DNA of 64,000 nucleotides from Intoshia linei (lineage: Eukaryota; Animalia; Orthonectida). The position numbers and the translations under genes are program-made. Below, one piece after another: positions 51,039-64,000 of the stretch (positions are counted from its first letter, which is position 1; every line of letters starts with the position of its first letter). The notes beneath the pieces are model-generated. The model did not search any database. It was not told the DNA's origin and worked only from the letters and a program-made list of their open reading frames with translations. The stretch spans positions 1 to 64,000 of the forward strand of contig LWCA01000034.1 of assembly GCA_001642005.1 (NCBI GenBank), in the 5' to 3' direction.

Positions 51039-52149
51039 ATGTGTGAAGTCTACGGAAATACTAAAACAATGAACCTGAATAGTTTAATATTGACAAATAT
51101 ACAACAATCACCATATTTTCGCGATAAATTGTTAAAAATAACGACATATTCTGATCTTATCGATGAAATTTTCTACAAGGCAAGTACATAAAACTTATTT
51201 ATATAAATTGTGATATTTAAATTAAATGAATTAAATTTTCATTATTCTTTAGGTTGATCATTTGGAGCCATGGCAAAGAGGTACCAGAAGCTTGGCGAAT
51301 AATAAAGGAATGTGCGGCGGGGTAATATTACCTGCATTAATTTTTTTTAGATTATATATCTACATGTACATTTATAGTGAAGATAATAGATTGGCTTCAT
51401 TTTACTTGACATTATTTTATTATCATGCAAAATATCATTTTAATTAAAATTAAACTAGACATGAAAAAGGATTTTCAGATTTAAAAATTTAAATTTTTAT
51501 TGAATTGTCAGTGTAAACTCAATTTTTTTATATTTTCAAATTTTAATATAATTTTAGGTACGTGGCGTCGGAACCGGAGGTAATGGAATTCCTGATTAAG
51601 GCTAGAATTTTATTTTTCATTTAATGTATTTATTTTAAATTATACTTTAGGTGTGGTATCTAGTTCATTTTGCCTTCTTTATCGATTACACACACTTAAA
51701 CCAACTAAAAACCAAATTCAAAACACTTTAAACCACATTGATTCACCTTACATTCGCGGAATCGGATTCATGTATTTAAGATATACGTTAGATCCGAAAA
51801 AATTGTGGAAATGGTTTTCTAGATATCTTAAGGATGATGAGGTATTAAATTTATAATTTTTTTCAATTTAATTTAGCCCATTGATGTTCGTGCTGGTGGT
51901 GGCAATGAAATGACTATTGGTCAATTAGTCCGCCATTTTCTGGAAAATATTGAATGGTACGATACTTTATTTCCCAGAATACCTGTACCAATACAAAAAG
52001 AGGTTCGACAACAATTGACAGAATATGATAAAAAAAACCAGCAAAATCAAAAAATTGACAAAAATGTCATAAATAATATCAACGTTAAAGGATTTCGGAC
52101 ACGATCCCGTTCTCCGTGTAAAAATTCTCGACGTCATTATATTCACTAA
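51039..52149 (+). CDS. PRPF38B: Pre-mRNA-splicing factor 38B, 231 aa, 5 exons
   Basis: Exons 51039-51179, 51253-51321, 51558-51579, 51651-51841 and 51877-52149 give YGNTKTMNLNSLILTNIQQSPYF...EIFYK|VDHLEPW..G.R.....GMCGG|VRGVGTGG|VVSSSFCLLYRL...HIDSPYIRGIGFMYLRYT...WYDTLFPRIPVPIQK. Confidence 0.95.
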
Positions 52150-52188
52150 TTTTATTTTTGTATGATAATAACATGGTGTATTTACATA

Positions 52189-55100
52189 TTAAATTATCAA
52201 AGTTGTGTAATTTTTTCGACATAATGGACAGTTGTTGGTGTTTCTTGATTCAATTTGGAGATATGTTTCATATGAATTTAAACAATTTGCATGAAAGTAG
52301 TGGGAACATGACAGCAATATGTTTTTGGAATTTTTTCGGTTTAATTTTCCTAAGCATATTGGACATTCTGTGGTTTTACGTAAAACCATCTACATATCAA
52401 ATGAATAATATAATTTTGATAAAATATTACTTAACAAAAAGCTTTTAAAAAATTTTTTGTTTCGAAAGGTTACTGTTAGGCAATTTCATTGGAAATTTTC
52501 CAACCTTTTAAATGTTTTTAATTTGTCATGGACCCAATCGTAAATCAATTTTAATGTGTTCACAAAAAATTTTTTATTGGACCTTTTTAGCGGTTGAGAA
52601 AAACTAAATTAAATATTGTTTCCTAAATCAAAACTTCACAATGAAAAAAATGAATCGAAAATATTCAAATTTTTCTGAGATCAACTACCACGTTGAGAAT
52701 GTCGACTCTAGACAGTGTTTCCCCAAATTTCTTCCATATATTCGCTAAGACAAAACTACCATACCAAGACTCCTCTTTTTCTTCCGGGAGGGGTTTAGAA
52801 GAAAATTTTGTATAATCAAATTTTTAAATTTTATATTTTTATGCTAGAATGACAGTTACATACTTTGTACAAACAGCATCTATTTTTGCCGAGATCTGAC
52901 TTTTTTAATTCTACCAACAAAATAAAATGCTACATTCACAATTATCAACCCTTTAAAAGAATGGATCCTAAACTTATTCCACCATGGACCCGTCATTTCA
53001 CTTTACCTGATAATTTGAAGTTAATTATTCCCACTGAATTTTATTTCTATTATTTTATATGATTTTGACGACGACTGCATGAATTTACCTTTTTGTAAAT
53101 AAAATTCCAATTAACATTCGAATCTATTCTAAGATCTTTAGATTTATCAATATTATTTTGACAAATTTGAAACAAATCTAAGGTAACGCCTTGTAATCTT
53201 TCTTGATTTTTTTCGAGCTTATTTGTTAAATTTTCAATCTAATTTACAGAAATATTAACATAATTTTTAAATTTTTAAACCTTTCTGTGACAATCAAATT
53301 GTTTCAATTTTTCGTTTTTTGGGTAACACGTTTCTCTGTAGTTTAAATAAAATTTTCGTGTTTTTACTCCACGTAGAAAATTTTTTATTCTAAATTACTA
53401 ATTTATTAATTTTATGTTACAAGGTTTTAACTTCAAAGTCGCCATTTTTTAATGTAATGTAGCAGGGCAATGATGGCAATTGACATAATGTTACCATTAT
53501 AAGGAATTTGTTGAAATAGATAAACGATAATCAGATAAATAATAATCAGTTCATTTAAAATTTTTAATTTCCTCTTAGATTTTAAAAACCACAAACTTAT
53601 AGAGAACTTTATATAACAATATGAGAAAATATTAGTTGCTTACCCAAATTGGATTTATTTACCAAAGCTTACTTATCACTGCATAAATTTCGATAATATT
53701 TTGCCGCATCATCGATATAAATCCATTCATAGTCTGGTTGTCGGCATATAGGGCAAATGGATTGATTTGTACATTTTTGAAGTTTTTTAATGCAAATCTA
53801 TATGAATTTTACACATTCTACTTTATTCAAGCAATTTTAACAGCAAGTAGATCAGTTTCACATAATATTTATTAGCGTGATCACTGATCAGTAAAGGTGT
53901 TACCAGTATTTCTGGTTCTATTTCCAATTAGAATTAATTTATTTCTGTAAAATATATTACTTCAAAGTTGCCAGATGTTGGGATTTTATCACAAAGCCTA
54001 GACGATTGCTAAATTTTTATTTTAAAATTCCACTTTTATCACACCATTAACAAAATTTAATAAAAAATACTCTTTCAAGCCCTTTATGTCAAAACCACTT
54101 CTTACCAATTTTACAATAAACCTTGTGAGAAAAAACGTTTTAATCCAACCACAAAATAAAAAATACAATTTTATCAAACCTTAAGACTTAAGTTACAGTA
54201 AAATCTATCTTCCTACACTCTTGAAAACTTGGATTTTATCAAATCTTACAAAAAAACTCTTAATCCAACTACAAAATAAAAAACCAAAATTTTAGCAATC
54301 ATGAAGGAAAAATCCCTTTTTCGGTGTGCTTAATTCCAAACATTAAAAATTAGTCATTTATACATTTAATAAATTTTCTGGTATCACCAAATCGACCACC
54401 CTTGCTGATCAGTGACTAGGAATTAAACCAATTGAAAAATTTTTTATAAATTGGATTGATTAATAGACCTTTTATAAGCACATGAAAAATATCTGCTAAA
54501 TATAGACCATAATGGCGCCCAGTTTAATAAGTAATAAGAATAAAAAAATGTAAATTATGGTCATTGTTCAAGGAAATTTTAAAGATAATTTATATATTTA
54601 TTTTGTATGCATAGATTTAGAATAAAGAACCGATATGAAACCAAACTATAAAAATAACTCTTTTACATTTCCGCTTCTGTCGGCTACCATACTCTCATCA
54701 AAACCATGGGGTTTTAATTTTTAAATAGATAAAACTTACATCATGAAAACTATGAGAGCATGACAGCAAAACCTAAATATTTCAATAGTTAAAATTGTAA
54801 ATTAAAAAAATATATAAAATGAAAATAACCTGATATCAAAATAATAAAATATTAACTGTCACAAATTATTGCAAAAGTGTGCCATTTTTAAATTTGCAAT
54901 TAAAGAGATTAAGTGTAGATGTTTTTTACACAAATTACATTTTAAACATAATAATAATATTAATAAGTTTCATTGAGACTTTTCCACGAAAAATAATTTT
55001 CAAGTTACCACATTAACAAAATCAGTTTTACCGCAATTTAAAAAAATTTACGTTCAGGTAATATTATTTAATGGTTTTTAATTCTTATTAAAAATGATTT

Positions 55101-57272
55101 AAATTTAAATTATAAATTAACTTCTATCGTCTGAATTTCTCTTAATTACAAGCTTTCAAGATCACTTTGATTAATGCTAACTTCCACACTGGTAATTTAT
55201 TATTTAATTACACTACACTTAGATTTTAAATAATTTATGTAATTATGAAATGTATTAGAATCTACATCAGCGGTTCTCAAATGTGGGTACTGGTATCCAC
55301 TAGGGCAGTGGTGGGCAAACTACGGTCCGCGAGCTACTATGTTGTGTCCGCGAGATCATGCTTCATACTTATGTTTACATCGAATTTTAAAATTGATTGT
55401 ATACATAGTATAATTTTACAACATGTCACATTAAATGGAATGTGACATGTTAATTATCTAAATTTCAAATAATTATTAATTATATTATTATTATTAGTTA
55501 ATTATATTTACGCATTATATAAAATTTTCCTATCTTTATCTCCTTTAAATAAAATAATTGTATATTTTTAATTAGATTAAACTAAATGCAATGATACAAC
55601 AATTAAATTTTTTGGTTGGTTTTATCAATGGTTGAACAAAAAAATTATTTTTATTATTTATCAATAATAGGATAATTTTTGTTCTAATTTGATCAAATTC
55701 TATTTTATTGTTTGCATAAATATCATTATGAATACGTACAATTTTAAAACTTTATAATAAACACAATTAATAATTAAAATGCACTCCAAAAATAATAATT
55801 GTTAATTATTCAAATGGAATTTTGACAATTTAATATTTAAAAAAAGCAATCAAATGTATAAGCCAAAATAGAATTTCATCAATTTAAATTGTTTCCTGTG
55901 TATTCACGATATTTGTGCGGCCCGCATATCAATAAGTTTGCCCACCACTGCCCTAGGGGTACCATACATTATTTTGGGGTACCAGTTCGTCTCATCCTAT
56001 GACTCACACTTTATGATTCATAAATTAGAAATATTTTTAAATATTAAATATTATTTAATATTTCATAATACATTTATGTACATTTTTTTCATTCTCAAAT
56101 TATAAAAAAAGTATACATAATTATACAATTTAAAATTCAAGGCAATAACTGATATACCATATTGTTTTAGTATTGAAAAAATTAGATTATAATTCCTTTT
56201 AGTTTTTCTTATATTTCAATATAATATAGGTGCTCAAAGGTTTTGTCGGGGTGTATCTATTTTTGATGAAGTAGAGTTTAACTAACAATTCATTTTATTT
56301 GATTTTTTTTTAATTCACATGGTATCATAGTTACAATAAATAGAAATTATTATAGGGTACCAAATTATATTTTTTTTAGTTTAGGGGTACCAATTGCGAA
56401 GTAGGTTGAGAACCGCTGATGTACATGTTGTACATGTAGTAAAATTATATTTTATTTACTTTGGTATACAAATGTATTATAATTATTCATTACTTGTTTT
56501 TTATCTCTAAAAAGATCACAACAGATGGAACAAGATTTTTCAGAGTCTTTACGGTTCAATGATATCATTTTAATTTCGCACCAATTTACAAGATTGCTAT
56601 TACTAATTAATCCCATTCTTTCCGCTAAATATACATAGTATAATCAGGGGCGGATTCAAGGGGTTGCAGAAGGTGCAGTTGGACCCCCTAAATTTTAATT
56701 AATGTTTTGTAAAATAACTGAAAAAGGTTTTAATTTATTAAAACAATATAAATGGCGCATAACATTACATATCATTATATGAACAATTGATCATGTGACT
56801 TGAAGCCTTTTGTTACCTGCACATTCACATGAAATTAAAAGAGACGCCCTAAAAAATTTTTTGCTTTCGGCGAAGTTAAATATATTGTTCGCTGCGCTCG
56901 CACCCTATTAACTAGCCTCTTGGATCAGTCCCTCATAATCATAATTAATGTTATTGTTTCTTATTAGATAAAAAATATTAAAATTTTGTCGTGAATTAAA
57001 TTTATTATGCTAATTTATTTAATTTTCAGACTATTATTGTATTCCCATGTGCATAATTATATTTAAAATTTACCTAGTGTCACATTTGATTTTTTATATA
57101 CCTTTATATTATCTAAATGACCAAGTAAATAATTTTTATTCAATTTTATTAAAAAGATAAATTAACCCTGTAAATAATATTTATATTTTCTAATTTTTCG
57201 ACCATTATCAAGATTATGTTCATTTTCCAAACGATTTTGATAAGCTGCTGCAATATGAGCCAGTGATGTATT
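52189..57272 (-). CDS. RNF32: RING finger protein 32-like (two RING-H2 domains flanking an IQ-like motif); first exon not resolved
   Basis: Spliced translation: TLAERMGLI..W.EIK..S..R.DS...CSICCDLF..KQ|VLLSCSHSFHD|ICIKKLQK......CPICRQPDYEWIYIDDAAKYYRNLCSDK|IKNFLRGVKTRKFY...|CPICL.......ILLSCSHYFHANCLNSYE......CPLCRKNY. Confidence 0.88.
53881..54417. mobile_element. MITE-like element with ~19-bp inverted ends and a degenerate ~30-bp internal repeat
   Basis: TCACTGATCAGTAAAGGTG ... CACCCTTGCTGATCAGTGA; the interior repeats TTTTATCAAAC/TTTTAATCCAAC-like motifs. Confidence 0.55.
55268..56418. mobile_element. hAT (Buster-type) MITE, outer element of a nest
   Basis: Perfect 13-bp TIRs CAGCGGTTCTCAA and TTGAGAACCGCTG; TSD ATCTACAT / ATGTACAT. 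Confidence 0.85.
55306..55950. mobile_element. hAT (Buster-type) MITE nested inside 55268-56418
   Basis: Perfect 16-bp TIRs CAGTGGTGGGCAAACT and AGTTTGCCCACCACTG; TSD CACTAGGG / CCCTAGGG. Confidence 0.88.
56645..56934. mobile_element. MITE with imperfect TIRs in an RNF32 intron
   Basis: CAGGGGCGGATTCAAG ... CTTGGATCAGTCCCTC. Confidence 0.55.
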
Positions 57273-58759
57273 CTAAAATTAATTAATTATATATATACAC
57301 TAAAATTATAATTTATAATTATCTTAAAAATTATAATAAATTTAATAATTAATAGTCAAAATAAAGTTATCTTTTTAATTTAATTTGTGGGTTTTACAAG
57401 TGTTACACCTCTGTTCGACGTATTTCTCTATTTCACTCAAAAATAATTCATCAAAAAATAAAGATATTTGCGTGTAATATTCATATTTGTTGTTAATTTT
57501 GATATATCAACTAATGAGAATTCAGATAATAAACTATTTTTCAATATTTTTTAGGAAAATCTTTATTTTCAGTGCGCAACTCGATCCAAAGGCCAAAGAT
57601 AAATAAATAATGTGAAAGGGTCATACTGGGTTTCACAGTGTGACAAATATTGATAATGTACGAATGTAATGATAAATGTAAGGTATGCTATATAGGAAAT
57701 TTCTATTATTTTATAAAATATTTATTTACATTTTTGAAGTGCATATTGTCAATATATTTTCAGAACACGATCGGTAATATTAGAATTGCAATGTTTACTT
57801 TTTTCATCGCAACACATTTTTGTAATAGTAAAATATAAAATAATTCTTATTTCATTCTTAATATCAATAACTGAAATTCTAAAGGCCGTACCATGAGATT
57901 AACCCTTACGAGACAATATTATGTATAAATACCAAAAACTACACTCATAAATTTACATTGGTTTGTAAAAAAATCAAATTAAGGCTGTACCAATACAAAT
58001 TATGAACAAATTGCTGTTCATACATTAACATGTAATATGCGTAAAAATTAATTTTATTATCAATGCTTTACTTTGCCAACAATAAAATAAATTATATATT
58101 GAGAATACAATAGACGTGAAATGATATAATTGCGTGTCATAAATCTATTTTATTGCTATAAATGTGAATTTTATTGCTAATTCTTAGCCAAATATTAACC
58201 CTTTCACTGTCTGATGCATTTTATGTACTTTCACCACACGCCTGGAATTTAAAATTGAAATTAATTTTATGCAGGCTAATTCCTTGTTAACGCAATCATT
58301 TGTTCAGAAAAAAAATCTTATTTTGTTTAAGAGGAATTTTTATGGAAAAACATTCTCGTTAACGGAATTTTTTATAAATAATCTACATTAAAACTGGTTC
58401 CCGATTATCGTCAAAAATTATATGCTTGGGGATCCGTGAGTTCAAATAAAATGTAGAAAAATTTTCATTAATTTTTGTTTATGTTAATAGGAGAATAAAA
58501 TTTTCTATTTTTGAATATATATTCTACCTAATAGTTGCAAACAAATGGTGAACGTTTGAAAAGTTCAAATATTTAACATTAAAGATTTTGAAATATTTGA
58601 ACTTGTTTTATATGTAAATTATAAATTTTAAATGTACATACCTACATACATTACATTTACATACATAGTTTATCATAAATTAAATAAATGAAAATTTATT
58701 CATAAATAATTTATAATTAACCTCAACATCTGAAAACTATATTTTTACTTTATAAAAAT

Positions 58760-59802
58760 ATGATTATTTGGTGTTTAATAATGTTTCCAGGAATGTATTC
58801 AAAAGGTTTCACTCAATATAATCCATATTGGTTGGATGAAAATGTTGATATGTACTTTAACACAACGTTACCAAAAACCACGAAAACTGAATTCAACAGA
58901 AAATTTGGCAACGCTATTATTCATACATTAGGCACATGCTTTATTACCATGTTTATAGAAGCACTTCAGCATTGTTTTGACAGAAACCTGTACCTTTTAC
59001 AAGCAATAAAATTATTTAATGTAATAATGGAATGTTCAGTAATGTATCATGTGTATTATTTCCAAAATGCAAATTTAGATAAAATTTTAAACAGTAAAAC
59101 AGATATTTTATATTACAATCAAAGTATACTATTTATGAACATGGCATACATGATTACAAAAACTGTTGTAGACTCTACATTATACTTAGACGCGTCGAAA
59201 ATTGAAGCTGTGAAAAGATCAAATAAAAAAAAAGTCTTAAATCTTGCATTGTACATACTTGTCCCTGTCGTCATTGTAAATAGTTTTATAAATGTACAAG
59301 TAATTATTATTGAAATTATTATAATGTCTGGCATATTTCTCAATTTTAAAATGTTTTATGAAAGTCCATTGTTTAATTTTTTTCATGCATCAATTACAGT
59401 TATTTTAATTACATTAGAAATTTGCAGTTTGTGGAAATTGTCATATTTACCTCATTTAATAGCAGAGGTTTTTGCCTATTTTCAAAAAAAAATTTTAAAA
59501 GAGAGAATCAGAATAAACGAAATGATTTTAATATTTTTTTTTCAAAGCTGTCTCGCTTTGATTCACAATTTCAGTATAAACAAAAATCAACGCACGCATT
59601 GATTATATTATTGACTTTTTTTGGCATCATGATAGTTATATTAATAGTCATACGTCTTAAACTTGAAAAAAAAGTTTTGTTTAACAAATTGCATATAAAA
59701 AATAACGTTGATAGATCCAATGGAGGAATACAAAATATGATTTCTTTGCAAATCTTCTCCAATTCAATTAACAATCCTTTAAATCATTTAGCACATAGAT
59801 AA
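58760..59802 (+). CDS. Multi-pass membrane protein, possibly a highly divergent XK-related (Xkr/CED-8) family member; 2 exons
   Basis: The two overlapping ORFs join through an 80-nt GT-AG intron (59468-59547; ...LIAE|LSRFDSQF...), giving about 320 aa with several hydrophobic segments. IKLFNVIMECS weakly resembles the Xkr LRLFE.FLESAPQ motif. Confidence 0.6.
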
Positions 59803-60133
59803 TCATTTTAATGATGTATGCATTATATAAATTAAATATATTTTATTAGTTACAAATTCTTAAACATGACATGTACACTAGGGGTATTCCATTTTTCTAA
59901 TATAATAATGAGGTACGTTGAATTTTCTGCAAAATGATTTGATAAGTATATAGTTTATTATAAAGTTGAAAATATATACAAGACAATCAATGTAAACTAA
60001 TTATCGTTCATCAGACATGTTCGTCAATCGAGATATAAAAACCTATATTAAAAAGTATACTTTATGATAGAGTATTGTAATAATTTTATTTAACCATAAT
60101 CTTCATGTACATTTAAAAAATAATGATAATTAG

Positions 60134-60489
60134 GCCTTTAAGGTATTGAATGGGTCTCAACTAGACTTTGATTTCAAAAGTTATTACTATAAAATTTTTA
60201 CTGAGCACAATGTCAAAGTGAATCAAACCAAGTTCAAAAATACAAGAAAAATGATGCACAGTATGAGATATGTGATAATTGTATTGGGTGTGTGTTTTAT
60301 AGTATTTATTTTGTTGTTGGTTGTTGTGAAATTAATTTTCGCTAAATGCAAAAAAGTATGTTTTATATATTCACTAACCTACCAATTTTGTAGAAACAAA
60401 ACCAGAAATTGCCTTTGATGATTGGAGGTAAGATTATTTGTTACGAAGCTAAAAAAAATGACCCTGAAGAACAATGTATTCATTATTAA
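60134..60489 (+). CDS. Small single-pass membrane protein; first exon or start codon not resolved
   Basis: Exon 60134-60355 contains the TM segment YVIIVLGVCFIVFILLLVVVKLIFA followed by KCKK. A short GT-AG intron leads to the in-frame exon KQNQKLPLMIGG...EEQCIHY*. Confidence 0.5.
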
Positions 60490-61859
60490 TGAATTATATG
60501 TATAATATACCTGTCACTAACTTTTAAATAAATTTTAAAACAATGTTTTGAGATATTGTCAGATCTCAATATTTAACATCTCACCAACAAAAATATGATT
60601 AGTTTGTTACTGTAAGTGGAGTAATTACCACTGGTGTAAAAGTTTGTAACTAACCTAGAAATCGAAGATTCGCATCGAGGTATTGCTCGGCGTTATATAT
60701 TTATTGAGATAACAGTAAGTGGCACTGACAAAGTAGTAAATATATTTTAACCATGTAGTATCTACAGTGTAGATGAGTGGTTCCCAAAGTGATCCACATG
60801 GTTCACAAGAAAAATTTTTAATAAAATGAAGATAACCTTTTTTAACAATAATATTACATTCGAATATTATTCATTATCAATCATTTATTATTATAAATCT
60901 TCTCTATTTATATAGTCTATATTTATATTTAATAATTTATATGTATATTACATTGCATTAAAATATTATTATATTTTGATTTTCAGTTCCATGCATTACA
61001 TTTCAATTTTCCATACTCCTTCCTTCCATATTTCCATAAATTAAATATAACAATTAAAAATACAAATTAATATATTTAAGAAAATTTGAATTCATATCAA
61101 ATCAATGCAATAAAAAAATGATATTAAAAATCGCAAAAATATGATCCATTAATGGAAATTTAAAATCCAAAAACATTAAAATTTAACTTAATTTAAGTCT
61201 TAAAAGTAAAGTCAGAACTACTTATTTATAATGACAAACAAAAATTTTCGGCTTAAAATTTATTCCAAATAAACTAAAAGTGATAGACGTATTTTTTTGG
61301 CCACTTTATATTAAATGCAAACATGACCATTTTAACTACAAATATGATTATATAAATAGAGAACATCTATATCTTTAAAGATGTAATATAGTAGAATTTA
61401 TAATTATAGAAACATTAGATAAAACCTTTAAATTTAAGGCTAAATTCCAATAAAATTTAAATTGTAATACAGAATACTGTACAAATAGTAAATCAATAAA
61501 TAGAATATAAAGACAACTCTTTGTAAACGTAATACATTTGTAAATGTATAATTATTCCCATTTTTTAACATTTGGTAAAGTAAAAATATTATAATAAATT
61601 GAATAATTATCCATCTGCCATATTATTAATAAGCTATTAAACAATTAAGTTTTCTTTAGCGATTTTAAGTTAAAGAATTAATTTGAATTTGAAGCATTTT
61701 AAAGTTAAATTAAATAAATATCAAAAATTTATCGTGATGAAAACGCATGTGTAGCATATAAAGATTTTATGGAATTTGAAAAATCGTTTAAAAAGTTGTT
61801 GTTGGATACAAATAATCTTTTTATTGTTCAATAAAATTACTGCCGTATGGTATGAGAAA

Positions 61860-62584
61860 CAGAGCCGTTTAAAGGCATGGGAAATATGGGCTGTAGCCCA
61901 GGGCCCCTCATTAAAAAAGATTAAAATTAATAAAAGTACTTCACACTTATATCTTAAAAGGGGGCCACCAATTTATTAAAAAATACTTCACATTTATATC
62001 TTAAGAATCAGTTTATAAGTGTGGAAATTCAAATAGCTAGAAAGAAAATGGTTTAAACAATCAAAGTTCTGGTAATTATTCAATTTAAAATATATTCTAA
62101 AATGTTGATCATATAATATTGACATAAAACTGTTTCAAATGATAATATTAAACATTAAAACCTTTATATTAAAGTGAATATTCAAAAAATAAAGTAGGAA
62201 ATCTTTGATTTTTTCTTATTAATTTTTAACTGTTTATATAATCAAACTTTCATGATAATTGAATAATACAGAATTAAAAATAATATTGACAAAAAAACTA
62301 TTTCAAATGAGGATTACAACCATTCTAAAAAGTAAATATTCAAAAAAGAAAGTAAACTTTGTTCATTAATTAATATTATAAAAGTTACTAGAAACCTACA
62401 CAATATCTTTTAATGTTTTTATTAATATCTTTTAATACAATAAGACTCTAAGTCTCCAACAAACAGTATGCCCTGTCTTTTTAACAGAAGTCCTATTTTT
62501 TTATCGCTTCGCTCGAAATTTTAAAGGGCCCGGCCCTTTACTTTTGCTTACCCTAGAGCCCCGAAGTGGTTTAAGACGGCTCTG
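61860..62584. mobile_element. hAT-type MITE
   Basis: TIRs are CAGAGCCGTTTAAA and TTTAAGACGGCTCTG, with a perfect 8-bp TSD ATGAGAAA (61852-61859, 62585-62592). Confidence 0.9.
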
Positions 62585-62709
62585 ATGAGAAATGCAATCA
62601 AAATAAAATTTTTAGTGTTTGTTTTTAATATTAGAGTAATTCCATGTGAAAACGACTAATTTTTATAAAATTGTGGCTATTTACATTATTCAAATCGTAT
62701 TTAATGCAA

Positions 62710-63010
62710 AAATTAAATCGTTAATAAAATCCAAAAAATTGAGGTAGATTTAAAAAAATAAACAGTATAACTAAATATGGAGAACAATATTATAAAGTCG
62801 ATACCACGTTTAAAAGCTCAAACGCCAATTTCTGTTAAAATAAAGTTCAGTTTTAGTTTCTCCATAATATTTTTAAACTGATATTTAAAATTTCAAACGC
62901 AACTCGAATAGATAGCGTTAAATGTTTTTGATGGCGAATTAGTTTTTCTATTTTAAAAATGCACAGTTTTAGTGTTAAGTGCCCTTGATTCTTTGATGGG
63001 TGTGACACTT
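62710..63010. mobile_element. Terminal segment of the transposon family at 1-1194
   Basis: About 300 bp colinear and highly similar to ~880-1190 (AAATTAAATCGTTAATAAAATCC...GCCCTTGATTCTTTGATGGGT). Confidence 0.8.
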
Positions 63011-64000
63011 TGATAAATAAGATACATTTATATTGGTGCCTTTTAATTATTTCTTGAACTGCGCGTCTGGATACAGAAAGCTCTCTAGCAATTTTGGGTA
63101 TACTTAAGTATACCCTCTATTGAAATATGTGACAACTAATTCGCGCTTCTGAATATTTATTTGACGCATCTAGTTGAAATTTCACAGAAGAATAATATTA
63201 ATTACCTATATTGCAAAAAATACGTTTTTGAAAGTAATGAAAGTAAAAATGCTCAAAATATTTGAAAGAGTAAATATTGTTATTTATAAATAAATCAGTT
63301 TTTATTAAATTTAATGTATCGTAGCAACCAAAACAATTTTTTAAGGAGTGGAATTTCTGTTATTAAGTACGTTAGCTAATTAAAAAAATTATAAAATTAA
63401 AAATTTTTACAGATTGCGGCGATTTTACTAAGTGCTCAAAACATATGGACGGGTCTGTACTACATTGTATACCAGTTTTATACTAATTATTATTAATAAA
63501 AAATTAACCAATTAATATTCAAATAAAATATTATCATTAAATATGTGGTATCAATTAAAATCAATATAATATTTAAGAATGTATCCATATTAATACCAAA
63601 AATAACGCAATATATACAAATAAATATAAAAACCTCATAATTATTAAATTATGCATTTTAAAGTAGATAATGTCATGAATTGCAAAAATCAACTATTTTT
63701 CAAGTGGATATAGGTATTACATGTAGTCGTATTATATTATAAAAATATTAATTAAACTTTTATTGTAACAATAATAGTAGTTTCAACTACTCAATGAATA
63801 AATACAAAAATAATGTAACATTACAATTTATTTCAAATCGTTTACTACATAATAAACGCATAAATAAGATAAATAATTAATAATATTTAAATATTATCAA
63901 TTACTTACGTTAGTATGTTAAAAAATTTTTAAAAACAAAAATACATGGTAATAATATTTTTTAAGCCTAAATTTTTAAACATATCGACTTGCTCAACGGA

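Noticed and set aside
52158-52448. 96-aa plus-strand ORF
   Set aside because: It is antisense to the last RNF32 exon and starts at a non-ATG codon.
59422-59602. Programmed frameshift between overlapping ORFs
   Set aside because: An 80-nt GT-AG intron (59468-59547) joins the two frames cleanly.
1-64000. tRNA, rRNA, snRNA or SL RNA genes
   Set aside because: None was recognisable by eye, and the GC-richer hairpins I found belong to MITE ends. A covariance-model scan (Infernal/Rfam, tRNAscan-SE) would be needed to exclude them.

Overview
This is very AT-rich eukaryotic (animal-like) genomic DNA. Genes are compact, most introns are about 30-50 nt, and the long introns are filled with non-autonomous transposons. 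The tiny introns, divergent proteins and retained ciliary genes suggest a reduced ciliated parasitic animal such as an orthonectid; that is inference and is not proven here. Manual exon reconstruction gives these recognisable genes: CLUAP1/IFT38 (-), SMG5/EST1B (+), a two-pore K+ channel (+), PRPF38B (+) and RNF32 (-). It also gives two long coiled-coil genes, a possible XK-related membrane protein and two small orphan genes. The main result is a gene the ORF track almost entirely misses (2909-14279, +, 12 exons, about 345 aa). It encodes a signal peptide, ten divergent C-x(7-8)-C-x(3-5)-C-x-W-x(4-5)-C modules each on its own phase-1 exon, and a GPI-anchor-like hydrophobic tail. It sits head-to-head with a second predicted secreted protein, making it a candidate modular surface-antigen system. 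The remainder is hAT-type MITEs (several with 8-bp TSDs, some nested), TTAA-flanked piggyBac-type MITEs, Helitron/Helentron-like elements, decayed transposase fragments and a 29-30 bp minisatellite with higher-order structure. I found no rRNA, tRNA or CRISPR array.
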